Position numbers and translations under genes: made by a program
Shown: piece after piece, positions 22,057-33,168 of the stretch
How positions within the stretch are numbered: the first letter of the stretch is position 1
Layout of the letters: the number at the start of each line of letters is the position of its first letter
Assembly (NCBI GenBank): GCA_964447765.1
Contig: CAYUTO010000003.1
Span: 8,919-72,918, forward strand
Origin: an uncultured Gammaproteobacteria bacterium
GTDB lineage: Bacteria > Patescibacteriota > Patescibacteriia > Magasanikbacterales > UBA922
Direction of reading: 5' to 3'
DNA: 64,000 nucleotides
The notes under the pieces: generated by a model
What the model was told of the DNA's origin: nothing
Databases searched by the model: none
What the model saw: the letters and a program-made list of their open reading frames with translations, nothing else

Positions 22057-24465
22057 ATGCCTCGAGGCAGACGCAAGGAGCACAGTTTTGATCCTACCCT
22101 ATCTGACGGGGTCATTGCAGTACTATTCCTCATACTCACTGCCATTGTCACTCTTAGCTTTTTTGGCGGAGCTGGAATTGTCGGAACTATTCTCAATGAA
22201 TATGTTTTGAGCTTCCTATTCGGAGATTTGCGCTATATCACCCCCGTTATTCTGGTTGTCTGTGCTTGGTACCTAATTCGTGAGAAAAAAGAAGATGAGC
22301 CTCAGCGTGGATTACATGTCCTCGGCTATATATTGTTTTTTGTGTCTACCGCAAGCTTGTTCCATATGCGATTTTCAGCCCCAGACATGTGGCGGGAAGC
22401 ACTTACGGGTGCTGGCGGTGGGGTCGCAGGAATGCTCGCCTACCCACTGTCCACATACCTGGGAGGTGTAGCCAGCTACATTATTCTTGCAGGACTTTCT
22501 CTCATTTCTGTATTTTTCATTTTTGAACGAGCGCTCCAATTATTTATTTCATTGCTTCGCAAAATCTTTAGTTCAACAGGAAGTGCTGCGACTGGTGCTT
22601 TCTCACGTGCACGCAATGGCCAAGCAGTGAAAATTAAAGGTGCCTACGATGAATTTGAGGATGAAGATGCTACTGAAGAAGAGGACGAAGTGGAAGAATC
22701 AAAAAGTTCTTTTGCTGCACGCTCTTTGAAAAAACCTGATCACGAAAGTGAAGAAGAAGTCGACACAGTGGATGAAGAAGATACTTCTGACGATGATGAT
22801 GAAGAACAAGAAGAAGAAAAATCATCGGGAGATGTATGGAGTAAGCGAGTAATTATCAAAAATTTACCCCCCCTTGATATTCTCGTTGATAAAAAAAGTA
22901 AGCCGACTAGTGGAGACATCAAAGGAAATGCAGAAACGATCAGAAGTACACTCTCAGAATTTGGAATTGATGTAGATATGGGTGAAATACGCGTCGGACC
23001 TACCGTTACTCAATACTCTCTCAAACCTTCAAAAGGCGTAAAGCTTTCCCGCATCACCGCGCTCTCAAATGATTTGGCACTCGCTCTCGCTGCGCACCCT
23101 ATTCGTATCGAGGCTCCAATCCCAGGACAAGCTCTGGTTGGAATTGAAGTTCCCAATCAAAAAACCGCAATGGTTTCTTTCCGCGAACTACTTGAATCAA
23201 AAGAATTTAAAAACCGCCCACATAATCTTTCAATCGCTCTTGGTAAAGATGTCGCAGGAAAAGTATGGTTTGCTGATTTACCACGCATGCCTCATCTTCT
23301 GATTGCAGGAGCCACCGGATCTGGAAAAACAGTGTGTGTGAATACCATTATCATGAGTTTACTTTTTGAAAATACTGCAGAAACTCTGCGTATGATTATG
23401 GTGGATCCGAAACGTGTTGAATTGACTCTCTATAATGGAATTCCACATTTATTGACCCCTGTCATTACCAATACTCAACAGACGATCAACGCACTCAAGT
23501 GGTCGATCGGAGAAATGGAAAGACGATTTGAACTTCTTGCAAGCGCTGGATCACGCGACATTACTTCATACAATGCAAAACATCCTGATAACAAAATTCC
23601 GCATATTGTATTTATTATTGATGAATTAGCCGACCTCATGGCAACGGCCGCAAATGAAATCGAAGCAGGTATTATTCGATTGGCACAAATGGCGCGCGCA
23701 GTCGGAATCCACCTCGTAGTAGCAACCCAACGACCGAGTGTTGACGTAATCACAGGTCTCATGAAAGCAAATATTCCAGGCCGCATCGCTTTCTCAGTTG
23801 CATCCCTCATTGATTCCCGCACCATCCTTGATTGCCCAGGTGCTGAAAAACTTATTGGTCGTGGAGACATGTTGTACCTCACTGCAGAACTCGGAAAACC
23901 AGTTCGTATCCAAGGTGCCTTTATTTCTGAAGAAGAAATGAAAGACGTGGTCGACTATCTCCGCGGAGATGAAGAACCTGAGTATGATGAAAGCATTGTC
24001 TCAGTACAAAAAACAGGCACCATGAGCCTATTTGGTGGGCCTACTGATGATAAGGATCCACTCTTTGAAGAAGCAAAACGTGAAATTGTAACTACGGGCA
24101 AAGCTAGTTCCTCACTACTACAGCGCAGACTGAAGGTTGGGTATGCACGTGCAGCGCGCCTGATGGATGAACTTGAAGAAGCAGGTGTCATTGGTCCAGG
24201 ATCAGGCGCCAAAGCACGAGAAATACTTATGACAAAAGACCAGCTTCATGGTACAATTGACGCTGGCGCAAAACTCAACGTATTCAAAGCTCCACCACAT
24301 ACCGTCACCACTATTGAAGAAGAAGCTGACGAAACTATTGATGACCTAGAACCTGAAGAAGTTGATGAACCTGTTGAAGAAGAGTTGAGTGATTATAATG
24401 ATTCAGTAAAACCTGAAGAAGATGAAGAAGAAAACGAAGAGAAGGATGAGCGGACACCGTTTTAA
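22057..24465 (+). CDS. ftsK: DNA translocase FtsK/SpoIIIE
   Basis: 802 aa; four N-terminal TM helices, an acidic Glu/Asp linker, Walker A GATGSGKT, and the gamma winged-helix domain LQRRLKVGYARAARLMDELEEAGVIGP. Confidence 0.93.
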   Translation: MPRGRRKEHSFDPTLSDGVIAVLFLILTAIVTLSFFGGAGIVGTILNEYVLSFLFGDLRYITPVILVVCAWYLIREKKEDEPQRGLHVLGYILFFVSTASLFHMRFSAPDMWREALTGAGGGVAGMLAYPLSTYLGGVASYIILAGLSLISVFFIFERALQLFISLLRKIFSSTGSAATGAFSRARNGQAVKIKGAYDEFEDEDATEEEDEVEESKSSFAARSLKKPDHESEEEVDTVDEEDTSDDDDEEQEEEKSSGDVWSKRVIIKNLPPLDILVDKKSKPTSGDIKGNAETIRSTLSEFGIDVDMGEIRVGPTVTQYSLKPSKGVKLSRITALSNDLALALAAHPIRIEAPIPGQALVGIEVPNQKTAMVSFRELLESKEFKNRPHNLSIALGKDVAGKVWFADLPRMPHLLIAGATGSGKTVCVNTIIMSLLFENTAETLRMIMVDPKRVELTLYNGIPHLLTPVITNTQQTINALKWSIGEMERRFELLASAGSRDITSYNAKHPDNKIPHIVFIIDELADLMATAANEIEAGIIRLAQMARAVGIHLVVATQRPSVDVITGLMKANIPGRIAFSVASLIDSRTILDCPGAEKLIGRGDMLYLTAELGKPVRIQGAFISEEEMKDVVDYLRGDEEPEYDESIVSVQKTGTMSLFGGPTDDKDPLFEEAKREIVTTGKASSSLLQRRLKVGYARAARLMDELEEAGVIGPGSGAKAREILMTKDQLHGTIDAGAKLNVFKAPPHTVTTIEEEADETIDDLEPEEVDEPVEEELSDYNDSVKPEEDEEENEEKDERTPF

Positions 24466-24532
24466 TAAAGATTGGAGATTGGATACCTTTCACATTTTTT
24501 AAATTTTCAATCTTCAATTTTTCTCTCTCATT

Positions 24533-25225
24533 ATGGCTTTTCAAAAAAAAGATGTCATTCCTGCTCCGCGTGTATGCGCGCGACTCAAAACTCTGCGCGA
24601 AAGCACGGGAGTGTCTCTTGAGGAACTCGCGGATAAGACCAAAATCAATCGAGCATATCTCGAAGCGCTCGAAGGATGTGATTTTTCCAAACTAAATTTT
24701 TCTTCATTGTACTTACGAAACTTTATCAAGAAATATGTTCAGACGCTTGGTAGTGATCCAAGACCCTATCTAGACCAATTTGCTGACGAAGAAGTATCTC
24801 CTCGAAAAGAGAAACTTAAAGTATCAGCACCGAGTCATCATCGCCACGCATTCCAATTGAGTGATATTCCAACTGCTATTCGATTTGCAGTACTCGGACT
24901 CATTGTTGTTGGACTTTTCTCATACCTCGGACTTCATGTGCATAATATTTTGAAACCCCCACACTTGCTCGTTGCCAATCCAACTGATGGATTTATTTCA
25001 AAAGAAAATAATATTATTATTACCGGCTCGACTGATCCTGAGACCAAAATTATGGTGAATGATGTACCTATTGCGAACGATGAACAAGGAAATTTCTCGG
25101 AAACCATCACCCTCACTCCTGGTATCAATACTCTCACGATCAAGGCAGAGAATAAGCATGGACGAATAGCACAGGATACCAGACATGTGATATACAAACA
25201 TACCAACTCAGTCAGCCGAAATTAG
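24533..25225 (+). CDS. RodZ-like HTH-domain membrane protein
   Basis: 230 aa; N-terminal XRE-type HTH (VSLEELADKTKINRAYLEALE), a single TM helix and a C-terminal beta-rich domain; this is the RodZ/DUF4115 architecture. Confidence 0.6.
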   Translation: MAFQKKDVIPAPRVCARLKTLRESTGVSLEELADKTKINRAYLEALEGCDFSKLNFSSLYLRNFIKKYVQTLGSDPRPYLDQFADEEVSPRKEKLKVSAPSHHRHAFQLSDIPTAIRFAVLGLIVVGLFSYLGLHVHNILKPPHLLVANPTDGFISKENNIIITGSTDPETKIMVNDVPIANDEQGNFSETITLTPGINTLTIKAENKHGRIAQDTRHVIYKHTNSVSRN

Positions 25226-25276
25226 TCTACGTACCACCTGGTTTGACAGGGTATAGAGGAAAAAGCTACACTTAAA

Positions 25277-25297
25277 TAGAGAGGATAACTCTCTTTT
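25277..25297 (+). terminator. Weak hairpin plus T-run after the RodZ-like gene
   Basis: AGAGAG-gataa-CTCTCTTTTT. Confidence 0.3.
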
Positions 25298-25372
25298 TAA
25301 ATTAAGGAGATTACATGCGAATTACCAATACATTATTTGTGACTCGCCTGTAACTAAACTAACACAAAGCAT

Positions 25373-26443
25373 ATGGCAAAAAAGATGGAGACCAACCCTA
25401 AGCTTGAGGCAGCATCAAGCGCAATCGACCAGATCAAACAAAAGTACGGAGACAATTCTATTATGCGTTTTGGTGAAGCGCGAGCATCAGCTGTCGATGC
25501 TGTTTCTACCGGGTCAATCTCACTTGATATCGCACTTGGGGTCAAAGGAATGCCTCGTGGACGTATTATCGAGGTATTTGGTCCTGAAGCCAGTGGAAAA
25601 ACAACTCTTGCTCAACATGTAATTGCAGAAGTTCAAAAACTGGGAGGAATCGCCGCGTTCATTGACGCGGAACACGCACTTGATCCTGATTATGCAAAAA
25701 AAATCGGAGTAGATGTAAACAATTTGTTTATTTCTCAACCAGACACCGGTGAACAAGCACTTGAAATCCTTGAAACACTGGTCCGATCAAACGCGGTCGA
25801 CATTGTCGTTGTCGACTCAGTAGCAGCGCTCGTTCCAAAAGCTGAAATCGAAGGAGAGATGGGTGACTCACATATGGGTCTCCAAGCTCGCCTCATGAGC
25901 CAGGCACTCCGCAAGCTTACTGGTATTGTAAGCAAGACCAACACTATTATCATCTTCATCAACCAGACTCGTATGAAGATCGGGGTATTCTTTGGTAACC
26001 CTGAAACAACGACTGGTGGAAATGCATTAAAATTCTATTCATCAGTACGTGTGGAAGTCCGCCGCGCAGCACAGATCAAGCAAGGTGACAAAGTAATTGG
26101 AAACCGAGTAAAGGTAAAAATCGTCAAAAACAAAGTAGCCGCACCTTTCCGCACCACTGAATTTGATATTATGTACAATGAAGGAATTTCAGTATCGGGA
26201 GATCTCATCGACACGGGCGTACTTCACCAGGTAATCCACAAATCTGGAAATAGTTATTCATTTGGTGAAGAAAAATTAGGCGTAGGCCGTGAAAAAGCAA
26301 AACAATTTTTGCGAGAAAATCCGAAGCTCATGAAGCAAATCAGAGAAAGAATCTGGGAAGCAGTAGAGCGCGGCGAAGCACCAGAAGAAAATCCTCCAAT
26401 GCCAGGAGCGCCTGAAGATATGAATGAGATGGGAGAAGTATAA
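25373..26443 (+). CDS. recA: Recombinase RecA
   Basis: 356 aa; Walker [12 protein letters not shown], and [12 protein letters not shown]-like loop L2 (here [23 protein letters not shown]). Confidence 0.97.
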   Translation: MAKKMETNPKLEAASSAIDQIKQKYGDNSIMRFGEARASAVDAVSTGSISLDIALGVKGMPRGRIIEVFGPEASGKTTLAQHVIAEVQKLGGIAAFIDAEHALDPDYAKKIGVDVNNLFISQPDTGEQALEILETLVRSNAVDIVVVDSVAALVPKAEIEGEMGDSHMGLQARLMSQALRKLTGIVSKTNTIIIFINQTRMKIGVFFGNPETTTGGNALKFYSSVRVEVRRAAQIKQGDKVIGNRVKVKIVKNKVAAPFRTTEFDIMYNEGISVSGDLIDTGVLHQVIHKSGNSYSFGEEKLGVGREKAKQFLRENPKLMKQIRERIWEAVERGEAPEENPPMPGAPEDMNEMGEV

Positions 26444-26462
26444 TTTTCAAAGTAAGCTATAT

Positions 26463-26492
26463 AAAAAAACCGGTCGTGAGATCGGTTTTTTT
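26463..26492. terminator. Bidirectional intrinsic terminator after recA
   Basis: AAAAAAACCGGTC-gtga-GATCGGTTTTTTT. Confidence 0.65.
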
Positions 26493-26510
26493 ATATCTTT
26501 CTCCAACTTC

Positions 26511-28361
26511 CTACTGATACATCTTTTCCACCCCAACTCCCGTATAATAATATTTCAAAATAGTATCGAAATCCTCACCTTTCTCAGCTGCTCTGACTGA
26601 TGCATCTCTCGCACTCATTCCCACCCCATGACCAAACAATTTCTTCTTGTCTCGTTTATCATATTCAGTTGGAACTGACACGAGCCATGGCTTCCCTGCC
26701 CCACTCCACACCTCACTCCAGCTTCTCGTTCTCGTATCAGCATTTGCAAAATACGGAGTGATGATGATTTCTGCAGGGGTTTCTATATTATTGTCTGTAT
26801 CGTAAGTTATCATCATCCCCCTCGTTGCCTGCGCAGCTTCGACGACACGTGGCATGAGGACTTCGCTTTCGTATCCGAGATAGAGCTGATCTGCAGTAGT
26901 TGCAACTACGTCAAATACTGCTGTTTGTGTACTCTTATGATTCTGAATATAGTAGGCGTAGGTACGTGCGGCTGTCAGAATTGCTTTCATATATTCCATA
27001 TGTGCTTCGTTCGAAGTTTCGGCAATTCCCGCGACATAATCCTCAAACAAGAGGTCATTGATCACATAGGTCGCATCACTATTTTTGGTCGCACGATACT
27101 CCATTGCTCCACGATATGCATTGAAACTTAGTTTCCCACGATAGGATAATAATCTTTCATAATTCGGCAGACGAAATACGGCATGTGGGTTGTTCGCAGG
27201 AGCGAGACGAATAAAGTTTCCGGTAGAAAACTCAATATCTGCACCTTTAAAATAAAATACACCTTTACTCTCCCACATGGATACTCGAATTCCAGGCGCG
27301 ACTACTCCCACCAGAGTCTCTCCATCAAAAACATTGTAGGTTTCATCAGTTGAAACAAACTCAACACCTTTTGTTGGATTTTTCCACACACCTACTCGAA
27401 TTCGTGGCTCCTCTGATAACCGTACCAATGGTTGTACAGGTTCTGTATATTCTTCTTCAGTAATTACTGAAGCATCTTCGGTCACGGTGACTGTTATTAC
27501 CCCAAGATCACTTACTTTCTCAGTGCCATTCGGAATCAATGCAAGTCTTATCGTATACACACCCTTTCTTTCGGGAATAGGGAGGGACACTGTTTCTCGC
27601 GCGATTCCAAATGGTGCTACGTCTATTTGTTTCTCTACTAATACTTTTGAATTTCCTGCTCTATTTTCTACATTCACTGCAGTTGATTTGAGCGTATACG
27701 ATGTCCATGGATTTGAGCCTGTATTTTGGAATCCGATAATAATCGGTACCACCTCTCCCCCGCGGGCTTCAACTTGTTTTTTACTAAGTATCACGCGCGT
27801 TGCCTGATAGGTGTTTAGAGAAACCACACTCGCTGGCGCGGCAGTTGTCGCTTCAGCCACCTCTGCTACTTGTTTTTTTGGAGCAACACTAATATCAATA
27901 TAGAAATATCCACCTTTTACCCAGGTATGATTTTCCGAAGCGAGATAAAATTCTTCTTTATATTCCCCGGCAGTCTCTGGCGCTTTTAATTCAAGTTTTA
28001 ATTCTCCTACTTCCCCTGGTTTTACCACTCCTTCAATTTTTCCGCTTTGACTTGAGGCTATCCAATTACCCCCTTTAAATATTGAATCGCGATATCTAGG
28101 TTCCATTGTGTAGGCAGAAATGAAACGACTTCCGGTCCATGTCGCAGTCCCTACATTTTTGAATTTGAATATTACTGTTTTTACTTCGCCCGCTTCCATC
28201 TGTACCGGATCAGGAATGGATTGACTTACCAATTTTGCCGCATACGCACCATCTTTGATCGTAAGTTTTGGGTCTGCTGCATAAGCTGGCGGGGCTAGTA
28301 ATAATACGGTGGAAAGTGTAAGAATTACTACACTTAGACGTTTTATAGAAGAAAAAAGCAT
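26511..28361 (-). CDS. Secreted SpoIID/LytB-domain protein with N-terminal Ig-like (CARDB/NBR1-like) repeats
   Basis: 616 aa; signal peptide ending in AYA; the C-terminal ~300 aa carries the SpoIID/LytB amidase-enhancer signature (GHGVGMSARDA). Confidence 0.75.
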   Translation of the reverse strand: MLFSSIKRLSVVILTLSTVLLLAPPAYAADPKLTIKDGAYAAKLVSQSIPDPVQMEAGEVKTVIFKFKNVGTATWTGSRFISAYTMEPRYRDSIFKGGNWIASSQSGKIEGVVKPGEVGELKLELKAPETAGEYKEEFYLASENHTWVKGGYFYIDISVAPKKQVAEVAEATTAAPASVVSLNTYQATRVILSKKQVEARGGEVVPIIIGFQNTGSNPWTSYTLKSTAVNVENRAGNSKVLVEKQIDVAPFGIARETVSLPIPERKGVYTIRLALIPNGTEKVSDLGVITVTVTEDASVITEEEYTEPVQPLVRLSEEPRIRVGVWKNPTKGVEFVSTDETYNVFDGETLVGVVAPGIRVSMWESKGVFYFKGADIEFSTGNFIRLAPANNPHAVFRLPNYERLLSYRGKLSFNAYRGAMEYRATKNSDATYVINDLLFEDYVAGIAETSNEAHMEYMKAILTAARTYAYYIQNHKSTQTAVFDVVATTADQLYLGYESEVLMPRVVEAAQATRGMMITYDTDNNIETPAEIIITPYFANADTRTRSWSEVWSGAGKPWLVSVPTEYDKRDKKKLFGHGVGMSARDASVRAAEKGEDFDTILKYYYTGVGVEKMYQ

Positions 28362-28411
28362 AGAGTAGGTGAATGTTTTAGTATGTGTGAGTATAGCATG
28401 TTTGATTCATC

Positions 28412-29920
28412 ATGTCTTCATTGAATTTGTGGAAAAAAAATGATAGTCTTTACTCATCTATGACACTTACCAAACAACTCGCACACAATACCGCAGCTCA
28501 GCTCGGAGGAAAGATCATCTCGACCATACTTGGACTCGTTGCAATCGGGATGCTCACTCGATATCTCGGAGTTGAACAATTCGGATGGTATGCAACGACC
28601 TTAGCATTCCTCCAATTCATTGCAATCATGATTGATTTTGGATTGATTCCGGTAACTGCTCAGATGATGAGTGAAGTTCCTCCTGAATTTGATAATGCTC
28701 CGGAAAACAAACTCGCCAGTTATCGAAACAAGCTCATGAAAAATTTGCTTGGATTTAGATTTACAACCGCAGTCATCGGTCTCGGAATTGCCCCATTCAT
28801 CGCATTACTATTTCCCTATCCACAGGAAGTAAAAATTGCGATCGCGCTTACCACGATCAACATGCTCTCGGTTGCAATGAACCAGATTTTTACTGGCTAT
28901 TACCAATCAAAACTTACAACCTACTTTCAAGCGTTTGGTGAAGTGGTTGGACGAATTACACTTATCCTCGGCCTGATCTTGTGTATTTATTTTAATCTTG
29001 GTTTTATCCCAGTCATGGGTGCAATCACCCTCTCAAGTGTCATATACACCCTCGTAATGTGGATACTTGCTCGCAAGAATACTTCCGTAACCTTTGGATT
29101 TGATTTTTCACTCTGGAAAAAGATAATCATCAAAATGTGGCCCATCGCTGTAGCAGTCATGTTCAATGTAATTTATTTGCGAGGAGATACGGTTATTCTC
29201 TCACTCTACCGCGATCAGGTAGAGATAGGTTTATATGGAGCTGCTTATCGGGTAATTGATATTGTTGCACAGACTGCGATGATGATTATGGGACTCATGC
29301 TTCCTCTCCTGGCGTATGCATGGTCAAAAGGTGAAGACCAAAAATTCAAGGAGCATTTCCAGCTCGCATTTAATATCATGATGATGTTTGCGATTCCTAT
29401 GGCTGTAGGGTTGATTATGTTGTCAAAGCAGATTATGGTGGTGGTGGCAGGTACTGAATTTATAAGTGCAGCACTTCCCCTTTCCCTTCTCTCTATTGCG
29501 GTATTTGGCATATTTTTCGGTGGAATTTTTGGACATGTTGCAGTTGCCATAAATCGACAAAAAGAAACCCTACCTATCTATATTGCCACCGCTGCAATTA
29601 CTCTGGTCTTATATTTTATTTTTATCCCTCGATATGGCATGATCGGTGCTGCAGGAGCGAGCGTTTTCTCAGAATTATTTGCAGGTACCTGCCTCTATCT
29701 TATTATCAAAAAATACACACAGATTTCTCTGTCCCTGGTTGTGCTCGGAAAAATACTTCTCGCAGGAGCATGTATGACCGTCGTACTCTTTATACTTCAA
29801 ACTCACCTTATCCTTGCAATACTGGCAGGTAGTGCCGTATACGCAATAGTACTTCTTGCTCTCAAGACAATTTCAATTCACACTATTCGAGAAATGATGA
29901 GTTTTAAAAAAACTACTTAG
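28412..29920 (+). CDS. MOP-superfamily polysaccharide/lipid-linked oligosaccharide flippase (Wzx/MurJ-like)
   Basis: 502 aa; about 14 predicted TM helices; PST-family layout. Confidence 0.7.
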   Translation: MSSLNLWKKNDSLYSSMTLTKQLAHNTAAQLGGKIISTILGLVAIGMLTRYLGVEQFGWYATTLAFLQFIAIMIDFGLIPVTAQMMSEVPPEFDNAPENKLASYRNKLMKNLLGFRFTTAVIGLGIAPFIALLFPYPQEVKIAIALTTINMLSVAMNQIFTGYYQSKLTTYFQAFGEVVGRITLILGLILCIYFNLGFIPVMGAITLSSVIYTLVMWILARKNTSVTFGFDFSLWKKIIIKMWPIAVAVMFNVIYLRGDTVILSLYRDQVEIGLYGAAYRVIDIVAQTAMMIMGLMLPLLAYAWSKGEDQKFKEHFQLAFNIMMMFAIPMAVGLIMLSKQIMVVVAGTEFISAALPLSLLSIAVFGIFFGGIFGHVAVAINRQKETLPIYIATAAITLVLYFIFIPRYGMIGAAGASVFSELFAGTCLYLIIKKYTQISLSLVVLGKILLAGACMTVVLFILQTHLILAILAGSAVYAIVLLALKTISIHTIREMMSFKKTT

Positions 29921-31259
29921 TTTTATCTAGTGACTGACTTCCAACTACCAAAAATACCAGTATCCAGAACAACATCGCCAAGTCATTTTTGAAATACGGC
30001 ACATCCACGAGACCGTGTACGACTAAGGCAGTAAGAGCAGCAATATATGCTGCCTTTTTTTGCGTATCTTTTATTTTAAAAGTAAAAACAAAAAGAGATA
30101 CTAATATTCCAACAAACGATAACATTCCCAGTAGTCCGATTTCAGTCCAGAAATTGAGGATAATATTGTGCGGGTATTTGAGAGGTTCAAGAGTCTTTGG
30201 ATTGTGCCATGGTTTCTGAATCGCATCATAGAAATTTCTAATACCACTTCCTACTATAAAATTCTTGGGAGTTTCAATAAGATACTCTGCCGTATGCGAC
30301 CAAACAGTGAGTCTATTTTTCCCTGCTTGATCCTGAAACAATACCGCTTCTTTCATGCCTGGTAATACGAGTGATCCTACCACTCCAATAATTGCAATCG
30401 CGATAGATATTTTTTTATATCCCAACATAAAGAGGTATACTAATACCCCTGCTCCGATCGCAATCCATGCTCCCTGCGAAATTGAAAACACATTCGCCAG
30501 AAGAATAATTACTACACCCGCCCAGATATAATATGCTCTTTTTAGAACTAACAATGATAGGAATAAAATTGGTACGGTAAATAATCCGATAGCATTTGCA
30601 CTGGTAAATATTGAAGTTACTCTGCCAAATAATTGATCATCCCAGAGGCTTGGTGGAAAAAGAAGTCCGGTGAACTTTTGTATAATAGCTATAGTACTCA
30701 CTAATACCGCTGCACCAACTAGTGAGAGGATCATTTTTTTCTGCTCTAACAACTCTCGCCTTGTTATAAGTATTGCAAATAATAGTATTGGCTCGAAAAA
30801 TAAAGCTCTCCACTCACCAATACCATAGATCAGTTTTTGAACTGGGTTTTCGGCGCCAATCATACTCGTACATGCTCCGATAAACGAAAACAATAGAAGG
30901 AAGACTAACAAAACAAACAGCCTTTTATGACTTGCAATAAAAATCTTGAACTTTTCACTATCGTTCTTTTGAGAAGTGACAACCCAACCAATCACTAGCG
31001 CAAAAAAACTTACCTCAAGTAATGTGGAAGGTAAAGGCCCGATATTAAAACGTATGATGTATGTAGGGATGGTTAACAAAAACAAGTACACTGCGAGTGG
31101 AAATTTCTTTATCGCAAGATAGGTGAAAAGAAGAAAATAAATACCGATAAGATAAAGCATAGTTTTTTGATTTTTTACATCATAGCATGGATTTACCCAA
31201 AAACCCATGATTGACGAAAGGGTCATGAACAGGCTAGTATACCTCAACAATATTTTCAA
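29913..31259 (-). CDS. O-antigen ligase/polymerase-like (Wzy_C-domain) membrane protein
   Basis: 448 aa polytopic membrane protein with a large loop between late TM helices; converges on the flippase gene with an 8-nt overlap. Confidence 0.6.
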   Translation of the reverse strand: MKILLRYTSLFMTLSSIMGFWVNPCYDVKNQKTMLYLIGIYFLLFTYLAIKKFPLAVYLFLLTIPTYIIRFNIGPLPSTLLEVSFFALVIGWVVTSQKNDSEKFKIFIASHKRLFVLLVFLLLFSFIGACTSMIGAENPVQKLIYGIGEWRALFFEPILLFAILITRRELLEQKKMILSLVGAAVLVSTIAIIQKFTGLLFPPSLWDDQLFGRVTSIFTSANAIGLFTVPILFLSLLVLKRAYYIWAGVVIILLANVFSISQGAWIAIGAGVLVYLFMLGYKKISIAIAIIGVVGSLVLPGMKEAVLFQDQAGKNRLTVWSHTAEYLIETPKNFIVGSGIRNFYDAIQKPWHNPKTLEPLKYPHNIILNFWTEIGLLGMLSFVGILVSLFVFTFKIKDTQKKAAYIAALTALVVHGLVDVPYFKNDLAMLFWILVFLVVGSQSLDKTK

Positions 31260-31260
31260 T

Positions 31261-31304
31261 GGAGAGGTGTCTGAGCCCTGCCTGCCGGCAGGCAGGGGTT
31301 GAAG
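31261..31304 (+). repeat. Duplicated 5' end of tRNA-Ser (nt 1-24) interrupted by a 20-nt perfect palindrome
   Basis: GGAGAGGTGTCTGAGC + CCTGCCTGCCGGCAGGCAGG + GGTTGAAG; the identical 16-mer and 8-mer are contiguous in the intact tRNA at 31567..31590. Confidence 0.7.
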
Positions 31305-31319
31305 TCTATAAAATGGTAT

Positions 31320-31562
31320 ATGTACTACGTTTACTTTCTTAAAAGCGAGAAGGACGGTAAAATGTATATAGGTAGAACGAATGATATTATGAGACGTCTG
31401 TCAGAACACAATAGCGGACAAGTTTCTGCAACAAAATCACGCCGTCCGCTTGTATTGCTCGGATATGAGACATATGCAACAGAATCTGAAAGCGTGAGTG
31501 CAGAACGTGAATGGAAAAAAGGTTACAGAAGAGAAGAGTTAAAACGAAAGTTTAAAATATAA
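31320..31562 (+). CDS. GIY-YIG nuclease-family protein (UPF0213/YhbQ-like, 80 aa)
   Basis: MYYVYFLKSEKDGKMYIGRTNDIMRRLSEHNSG is the GIY-YIG motif; the track ORF starts at a TTG (31299) inside the tRNA-fragment repeat, so the ATG at 31320 is preferred. Confidence 0.75.
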   Translation: MYYVYFLKSEKDGKMYIGRTNDIMRRLSEHNSGQVSATKSRRPLVLLGYETYATESESVSAEREWKKGYRREELKRKFKI

Positions 31563-31566
31563 ACAT

Positions 31567-31656
<90 letters not shown>

Positions 31657-31769
31657 AACTGAAACAGAACTAATTGCACATTTCGAAAAAGGCGTGAGCT
31701 CTCATCGTACACCCAAAATTTGTTATACTATAAATACTTAGTTACTAATATATTTAACCATTACACGTT

Positions 31770-32153
31770 ATGCCTAACAAAAATATGGTTTCATGGTTTG
31801 AAATTTATGTAGCAGACATGGACCGAGCAAAAAAGTTTTACGAGACAGTAACAGGGAAAGAGCTGACCCCTATGCCCATGCCCGAAGAAATGGGTATCAC
31901 CATGATAGCTTTCCCTTGGACAGAAGAAGGAATGGGAGCGGCTGGGGCACTAGTAAAAGGTAGCATGCGCAAACCACACGCAGAAGGTACTATTGTCTAT
32001 TTTGATTCTGAAGATTGCAATATAGAACTTGCTCGTGTGAAAGAAGCAGGAGGTAAAATTATTTTCCCCAAAACACCCGCTGGTGACTATGGATTCTTCT
32101 GTATGTTTTCTGACACCGAGGGAAACAGTGTAGGATTTTTCTCTAAAAAATAA
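31770..32153 (+). CDS. VOC-family (glyoxalase/bleomycin-resistance fold) protein
   Basis: 127 aa; a single VOC domain. Confidence 0.65.
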   Translation: MPNKNMVSWFEIYVADMDRAKKFYETVTGKELTPMPMPEEMGITMIAFPWTEEGMGAAGALVKGSMRKPHAEGTIVYFDSEDCNIELARVKEAGGKIIFPKTPAGDYGFFCMFSDTEGNSVGFFSKK

Positions 32154-32155
32154 TT

Positions 32156-32452
32156 ATGTCGGCCATAGCAGGAGGCGTCGTACATACCGTACCCGCAGAT
32201 CTCAAAAGTGCTTTAGTGAAAAATCCACAAGCTCTAGAGATTTGGAATAATCTTACTCCGCTTGCACGAAATGAGTGGATTTGTTGGGTTACCTTCGTCA
32301 AAAAAGACGAGACAAGAAAGGAACACATCAAAAGACTGACCGAGGAGCTCAAAGAGGGAAAACGCAGACCATGTTGCTGGATAGGCTGTATTCATCGCAC
32401 GGATAAAGCAGTAAGCCCATCAATCAAAGGGATACTTGCTAAGCGATCTTAA
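32156..32452 (+). CDS. YdeI/OmpD-associated family protein (DUF1905-like)
   Basis: 98 aa; LTPLARNEWICWV...KKDETRKEHIKRL resembles the YdeI family signature. Confidence 0.55.
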   Translation: MSAIAGGVVHTVPADLKSALVKNPQALEIWNNLTPLARNEWICWVTFVKKDETRKEHIKRLTEELKEGKRRPCCWIGCIHRTDKAVSPSIKGILAKRS

Positions 32453-32471
32453 AAATAAGAAAAAAGTTTTT

Positions 32472-32954
32472 TCAAACAGTTAAATCGTTTTCAGATTTTA
32501 TCTCAACGGCATTTTGTAACAATCTTTCAAATACAGCTGCGGTAGTAGCAACTACGGCGGAAATAAAAATTATAAGAAGACCCATCGCGACACCACCAGC
32601 AACATCATCCTTACCACGCTGAACTGTAAAAAAATAACCTTCTGCCCCTACAATAAAAATAATAAGGGTTATTGCGCAGTATTTTATGGTCCGCAATGCT
32701 TTCACCGAACGTTCTCCAAACACTTCATCTCGTCCTATATACCCCAACAACTTAAACGCCTGATAGAGCGCTGTGAAAAATGCAATGGATGCGATATACG
32801 CATACGCCAAAAATGGATCGTTGAAGTAAATCTGAAAGACCGTGGCATGCACATTCCTGCCCTCGATGTGGGGTACCCACAGCATAAGAACAAAAGTGCC
32901 GATGCCGATCGCTATAATTACTACCTGAAGAAATATTGTTAAGCTTCGTTTCAT
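32472..32954 (-). CDS. DUF2975-family membrane protein, copy 1
   Basis: Four TM helices; C-terminus ...VEIKSENDLTV mirrors copy 2; start moved to the internal Met (32954) because the track ORF overlaps the HTH gene by 95 nt. Confidence 0.65.
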   Translation of the reverse strand: MKRSLTIFLQVVIIAIGIGTFVLMLWVPHIEGRNVHATVFQIYFNDPFLAYAYIASIAFFTALYQAFKLLGYIGRDEVFGERSVKALRTIKYCAITLIIFIVGAEGYFFTVQRGKDDVAGGVAMGLLIIFISAVVATTAAVFERLLQNAVEIKSENDLTV

Positions 32955-32961
32955 ACTGGTC

Positions 32962-33165
32962 TTATTTTTTATATTCCAAAATATCTCCAGGCTGGCATTC
33001 GAGTGCTTTGCAAATCGCTTCCAGAGTCGATAGTCGAATAGCTTTGGCTTTTCCATTTTTCAATATAGAAATATTAGCCATAGTTATTCCAACTTTTTCC
33101 GCGAGTTCAGTGACGCTCATTTTTCTTTTTGCGAGCATCACATCAATGTTTATGATAATTGCCAT
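32962..33165 (-). CDS. Small XRE/YozG-type HTH transcriptional regulator
   Basis: 67 aa; MSVTELAEKVGITMANISILKNGKAKAIRLSTLEAICKALECQPGDIL. Confidence 0.8.
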   Translation of the reverse strand: MAIIINIDVMLAKRKMSVTELAEKVGITMANISILKNGKAKAIRLSTLEAICKALECQPGDILEYKK

Positions 33166-33168
33166 ATT